A stretch of 64,000 bases of DNA from Octopus sinensis (taxonomy: Eukaryota), in assembly GCF_006345805.1 (NCBI RefSeq), contig NC_043001.1:125116001-125180000 (forward strand). Reading direction: 5' to 3'. The stretch's first letter is position 1; the number at the start of each line of letters is the position of its first letter. The notes under the pieces are model-generated. The model ran no database searches. It worked only from the letters and a program-made list of their open reading frames with translations, and was not told the origin of the DNA. The position numbers were made by a program, and so were the translations under genes. Positions 12,370 to 24,945 of this stretch are shown piece after piece.

Positions 12370-13885
12370 GATCGATCCCTTAGATCTTCTAGACTGAAGT
12401 GTACGTAAAGATTTGTTGGAAAAAAATTCTTCCGCCGGAGGGGGGAGGAGAGGAGTTTCGGAAAACTCACACGACCCAACATTTTCTCCCACAACTTAGA
12501 GGAAAATGGCTTTTTAAAAACTTTATACAAATACCTTTCAAACGATGTAGATGACAATTACAAAGAAATTTGTAAGCAAAGTTTTTTGGACGTGGGGGGG
12601 GGGGAGTTTCTGGAAAATGAAAATTTCGGATTAGACGGGATTGTCTTCAATTATTTTTTCAACACACTCTTCGGAATGATGGAAAGCATTTTTTCACGAA
12701 AAAAATATTTAAATTTATTATTATTTTTTTCACTTCCGCCAACTCCTTCCATCCCAGACCGGACCGATTTTGGTAAATTCCCCGGCCCCCGAGGACGCAC
12801 TTAAAACCCATGAAAAACATTTTCGGCTTTAAAAAAAATTCAGAGGCGTAGGAGTGGCTGTGTGGTAAGTAGCTTGCTTCCCAACCACATGGTTCCGGGT
12901 TCAGTCCCACTGCGTGGCACTTTGGGCAAGTGTGTTCCACTATAGCTTCAGGCCGACCAAAGCCTTGTGAGTGGATTTGGTAGACGGAAACTGAAAGAAG
13001 CCTGCCGTATATATATATGTGTGTGTGTGTGTATGTTTGTCCCCACAACATCGCTTGAAAACCGATGCTGGTGTGTTTACGTCCCCATAACTTAGCGGTT
13101 CGGCAAAAGAGACCGATAGAATAAGTACTTGGCTTATAAGTCCTGGGGTCGATTTGTTCGACTAAAGGCGGTGCTCCAGCATAGCCACAGTCAAATGACA
13201 AACAAGTAAAAGAAAAAAAATAGAGGAAAATGTGTGATGTTAGTGAGATCTGGAATTATGCCAAAGTAACACGCTTAGTCCATTGCTGGGATATTAGCAA
13301 AGAAAAACGAAAGTCGGGTATTGAAAAATCAATACATATTTGAGTGAGAAAAAGAATGGGGATGGTCGGACTTGCGATGTGCTAGAAACAACAGCCAAAT
13401 CTCCCTTAAATAACTTTTTCCACTGAAAGAGATTTTTCTTTTAATCCGAAAAGGTTTCTCCCGTGTTTTTTAGTGCGTAGTGAAAAAAAATTGGCCAAAA
13501 TCGGTCCGGATTGGGGTGGTGAAGAGGTGGCGGAAGTGAAAAAAAAAAATGAAATTTTCAAAATTTTTTCCCCGTGAAAAAATGCCTCCAATCATTCCAA
13601 AGACTGCTGAAAAAAACCCCGTGAAAACAGAGAAATTCCAACTGATATGGGCCGTCTGATCCGAAACTTTCCCACAGCCCTTCCAAAAAAAAGTTTGCCC
13701 ACAAATTTCTTTGTAATCGTAATCTACACCGTTTGAAAGGTATTTGTGTAAAATTTTATAAAAAGATAACCATTTTCCGAGGGGGAAACGTCAGGTTGTG
13801 TAAATTTTCCGAAATTCCCCAAACCCCCGGAAGAATTTTTTTCAACAAATCTTTACATACTCAATCTAGAGGGTCTAAGCGATTA
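12370..13885. repeat. Pair of diverged ~480-bp inverted repeats (12370-12840 and 13400-13885)
   Basis: Collinear blocks TAAAGATTTGTTG, CAAATACCTTTCAAACG, TTTTCACTTCCGCCA, CCGGACCGATTTTGG in opposite orientation. Confidence 0.7.
12843..13215 (+). mobile_element. SINE family A
   Basis: Full head and tail. Confidence 0.9.
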
Positions 13886-14225
13886 TTTGTTAATAATTTC
13901 GTTAAAAAACATCTTTTTTTCGGGAGGTTATGAGGCAACAAAGTCGGGGCGGGGTATATACATCTGTGTTATCGAACACACCCAGTAACATATGCAGAGC
14001 ATTCTCAAAACCCCTGATCAAGCTAAACACCACGTCAACTGATTGCTTACTTTGCAGTCTAATGTTTAGGTTTCATTCAGCGGCAAAGAAAGATCCATGA
14101 AAAGCACGATTACACTGAACCAAGATAAAATTTAAACGAAGTAGTACATCCCCCATGCATATCACTTAAACGTTCAACAAACCGTTCGAGTACTTGGGAA
14201 GTGCACAATCGCCTGGACCGGGTCC

Positions 14226-14259
<34 letters not shown>

Positions 14260-14267
<8 letters not shown>

Positions 14268-14460
14268 CCCGCATGTGCCTATGTTTATATCCCCATAACA
14301 AGTGTTTCGGCAAAAGCGACCGATAAAATAAGTACTAGGCTTAAAAAAAAGTACTGGGGTCGATATATTCGACTAAAAAAAAAAAAAAATTCAAGAACCC
14401 CCTCCCCCCAACATGGCTTGCAGTCTAATGACTGAAACAAGAAAAATAAAAAAGAAAATG
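14260..14460 (+). mobile_element. SINE family A, 3' half
   Basis: TTCGGCAAAAGCGACCGATA..GCAGTCTAATGACTGAAACAAG. Confidence 0.7.
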
Positions 14461-15552
14461 AATAAACCCCGATGACAATATTGTGCAATAATAGCTAACT
14501 GAACCGATGGCTTGAATCAGGTCTCAAGACAAAAAGTTGTATTCGTTCTCAACTTTTTAACAGTATTCTTACTCATTTTCAATGGTGTCTTTATCGTGAA
14601 GGTCGTCAAATAAAATTGAAGCGTGGTTAACAATAACTTATTTTATAAAACATGCCATCACTAAGTTATTTTCTGTGATCAACAAGAGAATGTGAAATCG
14701 TAATTGCAAGGAGATTTTTCTCCTCAAAGTCTATTGAATTATCACTTTTAAAAAATCCACCATGTGACATTGTTGCCATGCACGCTTAGGTTCACTATTA
14801 CTGTCTACAGTCTAAAAGGCAAAAAGTATGTTAACGGTTTCAATAACGAGTATTTGCAGTTCATTATCTCTTCCGTATCACCTTAACGCTTGAAAAGAAT
14901 GAGATACACGCTGGGGAACTGGCAATTCTCATGGGAAAGAAGTTTACAATGTTCAAACACAATAACCGTTCCGCCTGAAGATTTCAGAATTATCACTATC
15001 AGAAGTGAACGCAGCATGACACGGAAAACAACCATCACGCCTCCACTCTGACACGAGATTAGCTGGAAAAACTTGCCCCGATGTGCCGAACAAATCAATG
15101 TTGAGCTTAAGTTCCCCCCAAAAGAGCTACGAGGAACGAACGGAGTCATGTATCAAAAGTTAAACAATGACAAAGCCAACATAACTTCTGTCCCATTGAT
15201 CTGTCCAACAAATAATTGAAGTACAGAATGTTTGCCCTTAATATTGTCCCAAACTCAGAGAATTCTGAGTTCCTTTTCACCCTGCTTTTACATCTAAAAA
15301 TTATTATTATTATTATTTTCGAAAATGTATTTGCTTTCATGCTTGGGCCATTCTATATTTTGGCCATGCCCTTCGAGATTCTACCAGCAATATGCAATAG
15401 AGCTTACGGATCTTGGGAAGATGGTCCTAAGCAAGCCTCTCCCTCTCTCTCATATTTAAGAGAGAGATTATGATTATATAGTCTTGTGTGTTCCTGCTGT
15501 ATTTTAAAATATGATATATGATTCAGGAGAAATTAAGCTATCATGTCTATCA

Positions 15553-15709
15553 CAATGGGTCTCAACTGGAGCCCAAATGACCCTTGGGGACCCAGATAAA
15601 ATTTTAAGATTTACGTGCAGTAACTTGGTTATACTTCAACAATACACAAAATATTTTAATTTTTTTCATACAATTTCTAATAATATTTAGTTATGGTTGA
15701 GAACTACTG
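15553..15709. mobile_element. 157-bp hAT (Charlie/MER5-like) MITE
   Basis: TIR CAATGGGTCTCAAC / GTTGAGAACTACTG; perfect 8-bp TSD GTCTATCA. Confidence 0.8.
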
Positions 15710-16625
15710 GTCTATCAGAACAAACGGCCGTGTAAATCTTAAATATAGCCTTCCCTCGCTGGCTCAAAGTACTTGTTTGGCTCCAGATCAGCGTTCATTG
15801 AACAGATCTATGATGAAATGCATTCCAGCCATGAAAATGTTTATTTAGTGTATTTAATTACGATATGGTATGATTTGAGGGAGATTTAGGTGCTATTTCT
15901 ACCTTTTCAGAAAGCTGGCTGGTAAAAGGCAGTGTGAGGTACGAGGTGCTTAGAGAAGAGGTACTAGGTGGTAAGCGGAAGAGTCAGGAAAGTTTCGGTT
16001 ACATATATTGATAGATATGCATAAATTCTATTATAAGGAGTATTCTTACGTTGTGAGTATATTTAAACTGGTGAACATGAGCGTCAAAGACTTTAGAAAG
16101 TGATGAAGGTGAAAATCCACAAATTCAAACCGAAAAGTATCTTATTTCCATTTAATTCTCAATGTTTGTAGTTCAAAATACGATTTTGTTAGAATTTAAG
16201 AATTGGTACACATTATATTTTGATCTAAATTATGAATTAATTCCATCAATACAAGAAACTCAATTAATCAACATCAATTATCATGCGAACATTTCCTTTC
16301 AATCAACTCATATCAGTTAACATTTTCCACAATGCATAGATGTTATGGGTTTGTAATGTTCAACCATATCTTAAATAATTCAGAAAAAAAATCATTGTAT
16401 TTTTTTACTGATTATCATTTATTTTTCACTTTCTCAGTCATGTTATAGACACATAACGAAAAAGTACCTAATAAGGTTTACCAAAACAAAAGGGTTTTTT
16501 GTTTTTTGGGTGGGACATAACTAGTATTTATTGTCCCTGATCATTTTCCTCACATTATAATGCATTTTTATGAAAGGAAAGTTCATGGAAATACACTGAA
16601 AATTATATCAAAAGTTTTAATTTTT

Positions 16626-17042
16626 GGTGATCTTTCGTCTCTAGTAGACCTTTCCGTCAATTTCCGTAAAAATTTTTTTTTTTTACATATGGGCTTGCGG
16701 GAACTTTTGAATATACATACATATACACATATACCGAGTAAAAAATTTCAGTTATCTCTTTCACACATTACTCTCTCTGTCTCTTCACACACACTAACAG
16801 AAGCACTTCACTTACACAACATACTTTCTGTCTCGCACACCTCATCAAACACACACACACATGTACATCAATGCTTGCCATGCACGGTAACTTCAAAAGA
16901 ACTTCCCACGTCATACAATCACTTTCTCTTAGTGTCTTTCGCTCTCATTACTTCAAAAGTTCCCGCAAGCCCATATGTAAAAAAAAAAAAGAATTTTTTT
17001 ACGGAAATCGACGGAAAGGTCTACCAGAGACGAAAGATTGCC
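16626..17042. mobile_element. MITE with ~85-bp TIRs (GGYRATCTTTCG termini)
   Basis: 16626-16712 is the inverse of 16953-17042. Confidence 0.8.
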
Positions 17043-17764
17043 TTTTCTTTTTTATTACACCCAGAAAAGTTTATGCCTTTTCAAACATTCAATATTTTCA
17101 TTCATGGTCGCTGCACAACATTGAAAACAATCTATCACAACCTGATTATACCAATACGAAATAAAAATATACGTAAAAATAAATTTCTAGTTGGCGTTTA
17201 GTTTAAGCAATAATAAAAAGGCACAAACGAATCAGTCTACTACATAGAGATCGAAGAAAAGTATTTCTGCATAATAATCTGCAGTGTCCCATTCTTCATA
17301 TACGACATTACGTTGTGCAACGTTTAAATGCACATCGATTTATTTTCTTTATATTTTTTCTTGCTTAACATTTTAATCTACAAATTTTTAACAAAAAACT
17401 ATGCATTACTAATAAACTAGGCAATTAAGTTGTAAAAGAGGCATGGCCTTGTCACCTCCCCGCCCCGTACACATACATTTATACATATAAATACAGAGAA
17501 TGTATATATAAGATTTCAAGTAGGCCAAAGCAAGAGTTCGTGGTTTATTTGTGTCCGATAAAACTCATTATTCAAGATACCGCGCTTAAATACATTAAGA
17601 ACATGTACTTAGTTTAGCACACTGTTTAGAAGAATTAAAATGGAAGCTGAATGACGCCGAAACCTTTAACACAAACGTAAATGGAAAAAAAAAAATCTAG
17701 AGAGCTTCCTCCGAGGTTCGAAACTTAATTCATCTTTTCCGGAGCTCGCTGTACTAACTACATA

Positions 17765-17920
17765 TGCCTATTTCTTTATTACCCACAAGGGGCTAAACAT
17801 AGAGGGGACAAACATGGACAGACATAGGTATTAAGTCGATTACATCGACCCCAGTGCGTAACTGGTACTTAATTTATCGACCCCGAAAGGATGAAAGGCA
17901 AAGTCGACCTCGGCGGAATT
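17765..17920 (-). mobile_element. SINE family B, 3' part
   Basis: TATTTCTTTATTACCCACAAGGGGCTAAACA..GGCAAAGTCGACCTCGGCGGAATT. Confidence 0.85.
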
Positions 17921-18680
17921 GCCTAACTACGTATGCCACATATTTATGGAGTATATCATACGTTGTATAATTTCTTTCGCGTAAATGGAAAGTAACTTCT
18001 TTATTAATTTGTCTATTAAAAAAATATAATTTCACACGATAATCTTGATGTTTCCAGGCGAAAAAGCTTCGAAAACTTGCTGCTTAAAAAAAAAAAAATT
18101 CATTTCATACCGTTTTATTAATAAGTGGGGGATATTTTTCTATGAAAAATTCACTAATAAAATTTTATTCACCATAAAATATATTTCTAAAAATTATCTA
18201 ATACATAAAGTTTTTGGGTTTTTTTTTGCAAGGAGAAAAAAGCTATTAATTAAATGAAAAAAAAAAAAAAAAAAAAAAGGCTCTAGTTTCAAATAACGAT
18301 TTTTACTAAATTTATTTTTAAGCTGTAGCTTTTCCGACGCCAAAGTTCAACTTTAATCAGTGTAAAGATTAAGAAGATACGGAAGAGCAAGAGGAAAAGA
18401 ATGGACGAGCGAAAATGCAGTAATACCATCTTTTTTTTTAAATCTTTATTTCAACCGACACTTTTTCTTTCTTTCTTTCTTTCAGCGGAGGATAATCTAT
18501 ACGCACGTATTTTCGAAGGATTAAGATTCGGTGTTTGGCTGAGATCGAGATTCAATAACAAAATTTGTCATTCCGACCGTTTTCCATTGATTCGCGTGAA
18601 TGAAAACAAATGTCCCTTAAATAGTAAACTGGTTAATATGAAGCGTTACGCATATCAGAAAATCAAAAAAAAAATGTGTG

Positions 18681-19000
18681 TAATAGGTGTAAAACAACTT
18701 CCTATGAACGAATATGAAAAAAAAAATTCGCGCACGCGAAAGGGGGGTGGGGGAGAGGCCTCGGAAAATTTATATCGGGAATTTCCGAAAGCGTCTGAAC
18801 CGGGCACAAAAACAAAAACAAAAACAGCGTAATAGGTGTAAAACAACTTGTTCTAAACGACTATCATGAAAAAAATGCGCGCTCGCGAAAGGGGGGTGGG
18901 AGAGAGGCTTCGGAAATTTCACATCTTCAGTCCACGGCCTTTAAACTAAGAAAAAAATAGTGTAATTGGTGTAAAACTACTTGTTCTAAACGAGTATCAA
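18681..19000. repeat. Degenerate ~140-bp tandem repeat (2 full units plus a partial third)
   Basis: TAATAGGTGTAAAACAACTT..CGCGC.CGCGAAAGGGGG..GAGAGGC.TCGGAAA at 18681 and 18830; partial unit at 18963. Confidence 0.7.
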
Positions 19001-19858
19001 GAACACACTCACACATGAATCATAAACTCCGTATTTTTGTACATATTTCGCAAAAAAAATAAATAAATAAAGAGAAGAAATTCTGGAATGTAGATTCAAT
19101 AATAATAAAAATGACGGCATAGTTTCGGTTGTAGTAACTTCGCCATGACGGCATAGTTTCGGTTGTAGTAGCACAGCGACATGCGAAACTTCGCCAAAAT
19201 GACATATACAACTTAAAACAATAGACATGCTTGAAATAGCAGTTCTCGTCAAACTCAAATTACTAGTTTTGAGGAGGGGAAAAAAAAATGTAATGTGTTT
19301 CCTAAATACACTAACTACATTAGCACCAAGGACGGAATAGCCACGGTTACACCCTTTAGTATAGCTATCTTTCTGTTAATCTGAAATCAGTCAATTAGTG
19401 GTACTTACTTACAAGTGTAGACAATTAGAAAAGAAAAACAAGAGAACTACATAAAAGAGAAAAAGAATTACAGAAAGGGACTTTTATGAAAACAATTTTG
19501 ATTCTACCACACAACGTATTAGGGAAATAAACATTTGAGTTTACAAGCGTGAAAATAAAAATATCCAAAACAAAAAAAGTAGAATCTAAATAAATATTTT
19601 ACTTTAGAAGCTGAGTCTTATTATTCTTATTATTAAACAGAAACTCGGAATAACAATGATGCAGGAAGCCTGTTATAAAAACATTAATGTTAAATATATG
19701 AGACAGAGAAAAGGAGAGAGAGAGAGAGAGAGTATAGAAGTATTTCTTGTGATAAAATCTAAATAGGCAGAGAGATGAGAGTATGTACTTGTATTTATAA
19801 AATACGCGCAAACATTTTTTGATAGCGCTGTAATGGAATGAATTATTAAAATACTTAC

Positions 19859-19904
19859 GGACCAGAATAGCCAGAAAGATTATATGACCTAGTCTTAATT
19901 CCAT
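19859..19904 (-). CDS. Putative first coding exon encoding a signal-peptide-like N-terminus (MELRLGHIIFLAILV, phase 1)
   Basis: ATG in ACGATGG context, hydrophobic core, immediately followed by consensus donor C|GTAAGTAT; lies just downstream of a CRE/CCAAT promoter-like zone. Confidence 0.5.
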
Positions 19905-20099
19905 CGTTGCGTGAGTCCAAAAGTAGAGGGGAAAAAATAGCTACTTAACGCTTTGTATAATGAGGATGAAACAATATATAGAGGTGTTTTGTTTTCTTTT
20001 TATTCGCTTTCGATGTGTTTACACGAAAGCTAAAAACTAATTTTTGGTATTCACGAACAAACAGTTGAGTGCCTTTTCACTTAAGTTCCACCGAAGTCA

Positions 20100-21120
20100 C
20101 TTCAGTCAACTGAGATTACTGTTCCGACTCATTGATAAATAGTCTGCCAATCCTACCGTGCCTCAAATTAACTCTATGACGTCAGCAGATTTTCATCAAT
20201 CAGAAGCCACAATTTTCTCCAGCCAAATTTCCAGTCTCTACATTTCCACACATCAGAAAGAAACTCTCTCTCTTTCTCCCATTCTCCCTCTTTATTTCTC
20301 TTTCTCTCAACGATTCCCACCCGTTTTAGCAGATTCAATAATCTTTCGCAACCCATGTTTCGAAAATATATTCTACTGCGTCGCGCTTTTCTGTTTGATA
20401 CTTGAAATATCCATGAGGTTTTTGTTTACAATAAACATTATGTTGTGGTTCCTATGCTTTTATATAACTGTGTAACTTATTCATAAACAATTTACAATTC
20501 ATCAAATATTTCAAAAGTAAAAAAAAATTATCTTCCTTTTAGAAATATACTACCAGACAAAGATTGATACGCGTAGCACTATATAGCTTGTTTCTATTAT
20601 AATTCCATTCACATTCCTCGTACTTTTATAGGAATAATAAATCAACCTAGTACTTGTTATTTTATTCTATCGTCTACTAAATATAAAAGTCAACGAGACA
20701 TTGGTGAGATTTGAACTCAGAACGTAAAAAATGTAACTAAATACCACCAGTATGTCGTCAGATGCTACAATAATTCTGTGTACCTGTCGGAAACGACAAC
20801 CAATTCTTACTTGAATCACACCCTATCATTACAAAAGAAAGTTATAATTAGTAGTAATATTTTTAATTGCAGCAAGTACAGTGTTAAAAAAAGTAGTAGT
20901 AGTAGTAGTAGTAAAGAACCACTACTGTTAGTGATATTTTTAGCAAGCAGATTTCATCTCCAATTGTTTATTTTGTAAACAACTCAACATTTCTATGTTG
21001 AAAATATATATCTCTGTATCTCAATGCAACTTAATAAAGCGCGCTTGCCACCTCCTTCAAAGTAACAAGATGGCGCTTCACTTTGCTGGTGATGCTCAAT
21101 GAAGCGGAAACATGTGCAGA
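20100..21120. promoter_or_regulatory. Candidate divergent promoter region
   Basis: Full CRE TGACGTCA at 20177-20184, CCAAT near 20146, YY1 motif CAAGATGGCG at 21066-21075, ETS-like GCGGAA at 21104, CpG-rich surroundings. Confidence 0.5.
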
Positions 21121-22828
21121 GTTTCAATTTCTTATAAATGCTTATGATTTACATGTTTTGCATTCAACTTTGGCTGTCTTTGCTCCCTCAGCTTTGTAGT
21201 AAAGACCACTCCTGTATGAAGTTACACAATGAGACAGCAACACCTAACCAACATGGATAAGGTTACTTGGTTGTTATGTTAGTCACATGTTCAGCTTTTG
21301 AAGTCTTTTAATCATCGATTTAAAATTTTATGCTACCTGTTGAAAGTATATAATAACATATTTTCTGGAGAACTATGATCATGATTACTTTATTATCTTC
21401 AAACTTGCGATTCAGTAACCGTGAAAACCAATCAAGAATATTTTAATCATTTCCTTTGTCCCCACCCTGTATGTGAGTATATGAGTATGTTGGTGTTTAG
21501 TCACTATTCAACTCCAATAAAGCAGACCCATGTTCAAAGGTACCCCAACTATGCCCATCTCATCATTTTTAAGTTGGGTGTGAGTTGTGGAAGTTACAGC
21601 AACTGCTGTATTTAGCAGGAAGAGCGAATACATAGAGACTCCATTACTCACTTGACCAATCTATCATTTACCATGCTGGTGGGAACTCGGAATTATTTTA
21701 TTTCCAAATAATTACACTTTTATAGGCAAACATACATTTAGGTATGTATTACACACACACACATACAAGGAAAAGAAAATGATATGAAATTATTCATATT
21801 CAAATGTGATAGATGGCAGAACAGTAACCAAAATGCCTTTTGATTTTTAAGTTCATCCTTTTACATTTAAGATGAAGCTTCACCAATGTTGGTTTTGCCT
21901 TTTACATTTTCATTTCCATTTTCACCACTGAGGACTTTAGCTTTCATCATTCATCATTGTTAAATAGCTACCACACAAATAGAAACATTGGTTTATCTAA
22001 CTATACCCTTTCCAAAAAACTTATATTTTCTTCCATTAAATTTTTATTAACAAAAGTTCTTTTAAACCTTGGTATATATTAAAACTTGAGATATTTTTTA
22101 GAAATATTAACCCAGTTAATACTAATAAATCTTTCCAGATTAAGTATAGACATTACGTAATTTCTTGAAATAATTTTCCCAAACTTAGGTGTAACCATAG
22201 TCATTATGCAATTCTTATATTATTTTACTGAAACAACCCTCACATTAACCAATCATATCTTTTATAGGTAATTATAGTTATGCAAGACTTGGATTACTTT
22301 CCCATACAACTAATACATCACCCAATCCTGTAATTCAGCATTTTGTGTACTTAACTGTTAATGTGGGACTTGAACTTAACTATTCTCCCACTGCAAGTGA
22401 CAGAAAAAAAGTAGACCAATGATTGGGAGTGGCGAGGAATAGTAGTTAAGTCAGTAGTTTCCTTACATCATAATACACAAACCATGAAAACTAGGCAGCA
22501 CAGCAGCCAATACATGCCAGCCTAGGCTGCCTATCAAAACATGAGCATCAAGCTTTCCTATGTTTATTAACTATACTATTAGCATGTTACTACTGTACTA
22601 CAAAATATTTTGGGTCAAACTGTTTTAACATTTCCATGTGTGGTGTGAGCATGCGCACATGTGTGCTTGTGTAAATCCACACATACATACATACATGCAT
22701 GTGTATGTATGTATGTATGTATGCATGTATGTATATATGTATGTTTGAGTTTAGTCTCTCTGTGCAGCGCCTTGGGCAAATGGCTTCTATTATAACCCCA
22801 GACTGACTAAAGCCTTGTGGGTAAATTT

Positions 22829-23155
22829 CATCATCATCATCATCATCGTTTAACGTCCATTCTCCATGCTAGCATGGGTTAGACGGTTCGACCGGGGATC
22901 TGGGAAGCCAGAAGGCTGCACCAGGCTCCGGTCTTATCTGGCAATGTTTCTACAGCTGGATGCCCTTCCTAACATCAACCACTCCGTGAGTGTAGTGGGT
23001 GCTTTTTACGTGCCACCTGCATTGGTGCCAGGCAAGGCTGGCATCGGCCACGGTCGGATTGGTGCATTTTATGTGCTACCTGCACGGAAGCCAGTCGAGG
23101 CGGCACTGGCTTCGGCCACGATTCGGATGGTGCTTTTTACGTGCCACCGACACGG
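22829..23155 (-). mobile_element. SINE/LINE 3' module family C
   Basis: (CAT)n tail then TTTAACGTCC..CCATGCTAGCATGGGTT, with minisatellite units. Confidence 0.85.
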
Positions 23156-23454
23156 AAATTAAAAGAAGCTTGTATGGATGGATGCTTATTTGGGGAATTT
23201 TTTTCTTTTTCCCTTTGCATAATTCAAACCAGTCATTAACAAGATGGCAAGGCTCTTTTGTTTAAATCAAGACAGGTCTTAATGTTTGTCATTACCTGAA
23301 TTGGTCGGTGTATGCAAATATGTGAATGTATGCAGTGTATGCATGTGTGTATGTGGATAAACTTGCAGTCATCAGTGTACATACTACAATAGAATGCAAA
23401 TGTGTGTTTCATCTCTTTTTATGTGTGCACATACATATATATTCCATATGTATG

Positions 23455-23825
23455 GAAGCACTCCGTCGGTTACGACGACGAGGGTTCCGGTTGATCCGAA
23501 TCAACGGAACAGCCTGCTCGTGAAATTAACATGTAAGTGGCTGAGCACTCCACAGACACGTGCACCCTTAACGTAGTTCTCGAGGATATTCAGCGTGACA
23601 AGGCCGGCCCCTTGAAATACAGGTACAACAGAAACAGGAAGTAAGAGTGAGAGAAAGTTGTGGTGAAAGAGTACAGCAGGGATCACCACCATCCCCTGCC
23701 AGAGCCTTGTGGAGCTTTTAGGTGTTTTCGCTCAATAAACACTCACAACGCCCGGTCTGGGAATCGAAACCGCGATCCTATGACCGCGAGTCCGCTGCCC
23801 TAACCACTGAGCCATTGCGCCTCCA
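23455..23825 (-). mobile_element. tRNA-Arg(TCG)-headed SINE (family D, tail type 1)
   Basis: Minus strand GGAGGCGCAATGGCTCAGTGGTTAGGGCAGCGGACTCGCGG..GGTTTCGATTCCC, with A/B boxes and a TCG anticodon loop. Confidence 0.85.
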
Positions 23826-24069
23826 CTCCATATGTATATGTGATTGCCTGCATATGTTCACCCAGAAACTTCAAAAGTAGAATTCCTGAAATATTTTACA
23901 AACCTTCATTGTTCCTCTAACCAAGTATATCTGGAGAATGCTGATCAGTTTGCCTTATTCTTTTTTAAATAATCCAAGCATTACTAAGTTTCTATGTCAA
24001 TCTGTTGTTTATATATGCCTATGATGATAAGAACAAATGATTTGGACTTATAGGCAAGATGTGATGTAC

Positions 24070-24940
24070 TAATTACAGGTCCAACAGAGGCTGCTATTCT
24101 TGCTAATGTTGTTGGCATTCTCTAGTAGGTGGAATACATATACCCAGGCATAATTTTCTACTGGTATGATGAATATTTCTCTTCTAAGTTTCTATCTAAG
24201 TAGGTCTGTCCAATGACCTTTAGTTTTTCATGGTGAAGCTGTAAACTCGGAGTATTTCTTCAGGAGTTCTCCACTTAATCTCATGTTACTACCTTCACTG
24301 TTGAATATGCATATGATTTACTCATTTCTCTCTTCACTGCTCTGTATGTGTTGTCTGAGTGATACAATGTGGCACTCAAAGTCTGTGTGGACTGATCTTA
24401 TACCCATTTCTTTACTACCCTCAAGGGGCTAAACACAGAGAGGACAAACAAGGACAGACAAACGGATTAAGTCGATTAGATCGGCCCCAGTGCGTAACTG
24501 GTACTTCATTTATCGACCCTGAAAGGATGAAAGGCAAAGTCGACCTCGGCGGAATTTGAACTCAGAACGTAACGGCTACGCATTTCGTCCGGCGTGCTGA
24601 TGTTTCTGCCAGCTCGCCGACCTTCATCTCCATCCTTCCATTTAATATAGATCCAGTCAGTGTCACTTTTGTTGTGGGAATTACTAGCTGTTGTTAGTAT
24701 CTTCATAGTCTTGATGTCCACGTTGTGAATTTCTTCAAGTGTCTAGTCGAAGATTCCAAATGTTAGTCCTAGCACTGGGACAGTGAAAAACATTGTGGGA
24801 TATAGTCTTATTGAATACAAACAGCCCCATGCTACATACTTTCCAAAGCCTACTGAACTATTCTTTTGTCACTCTGGTCTTACTAACAGCATCAACAAAT
24901 GTGATATTCTCATTGATTCAAAAGTATTTGCAACATTGGC
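24070..24940 (-). mobile_element. Old R4/Dong-type LINE RT remnant, split by a SINE B at 24410-24620
   Basis: Minus translation TLEEIHNVDIKTMKILTTASNSHNKSDTDWIYIK resembles the R4-type W..EL..lDRKTRKiLT..H.KSDVDRLY block. Confidence 0.55.
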
Positions 24941-24945
24941 AACAT

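Noticed and set aside
14638-14672. Splice giving ..LVMA-CFIK, reminiscent of conopressin CFIRNCPKG
   Set aside because: A stop follows immediately; no second Cys, Gly-Lys-Arg site or neurophysin domain.
16560-17201. 213-aa ORF
   Set aside because: Runs through both TIRs and the low-complexity interior of a MITE; no protein-like features.
23740-23825. tRNA-Arg(TCG)-like sequences here and at 45176 and 59030
   Set aside because: They are SINE heads: the acceptor stem is not closed and each continues into a SINE body.
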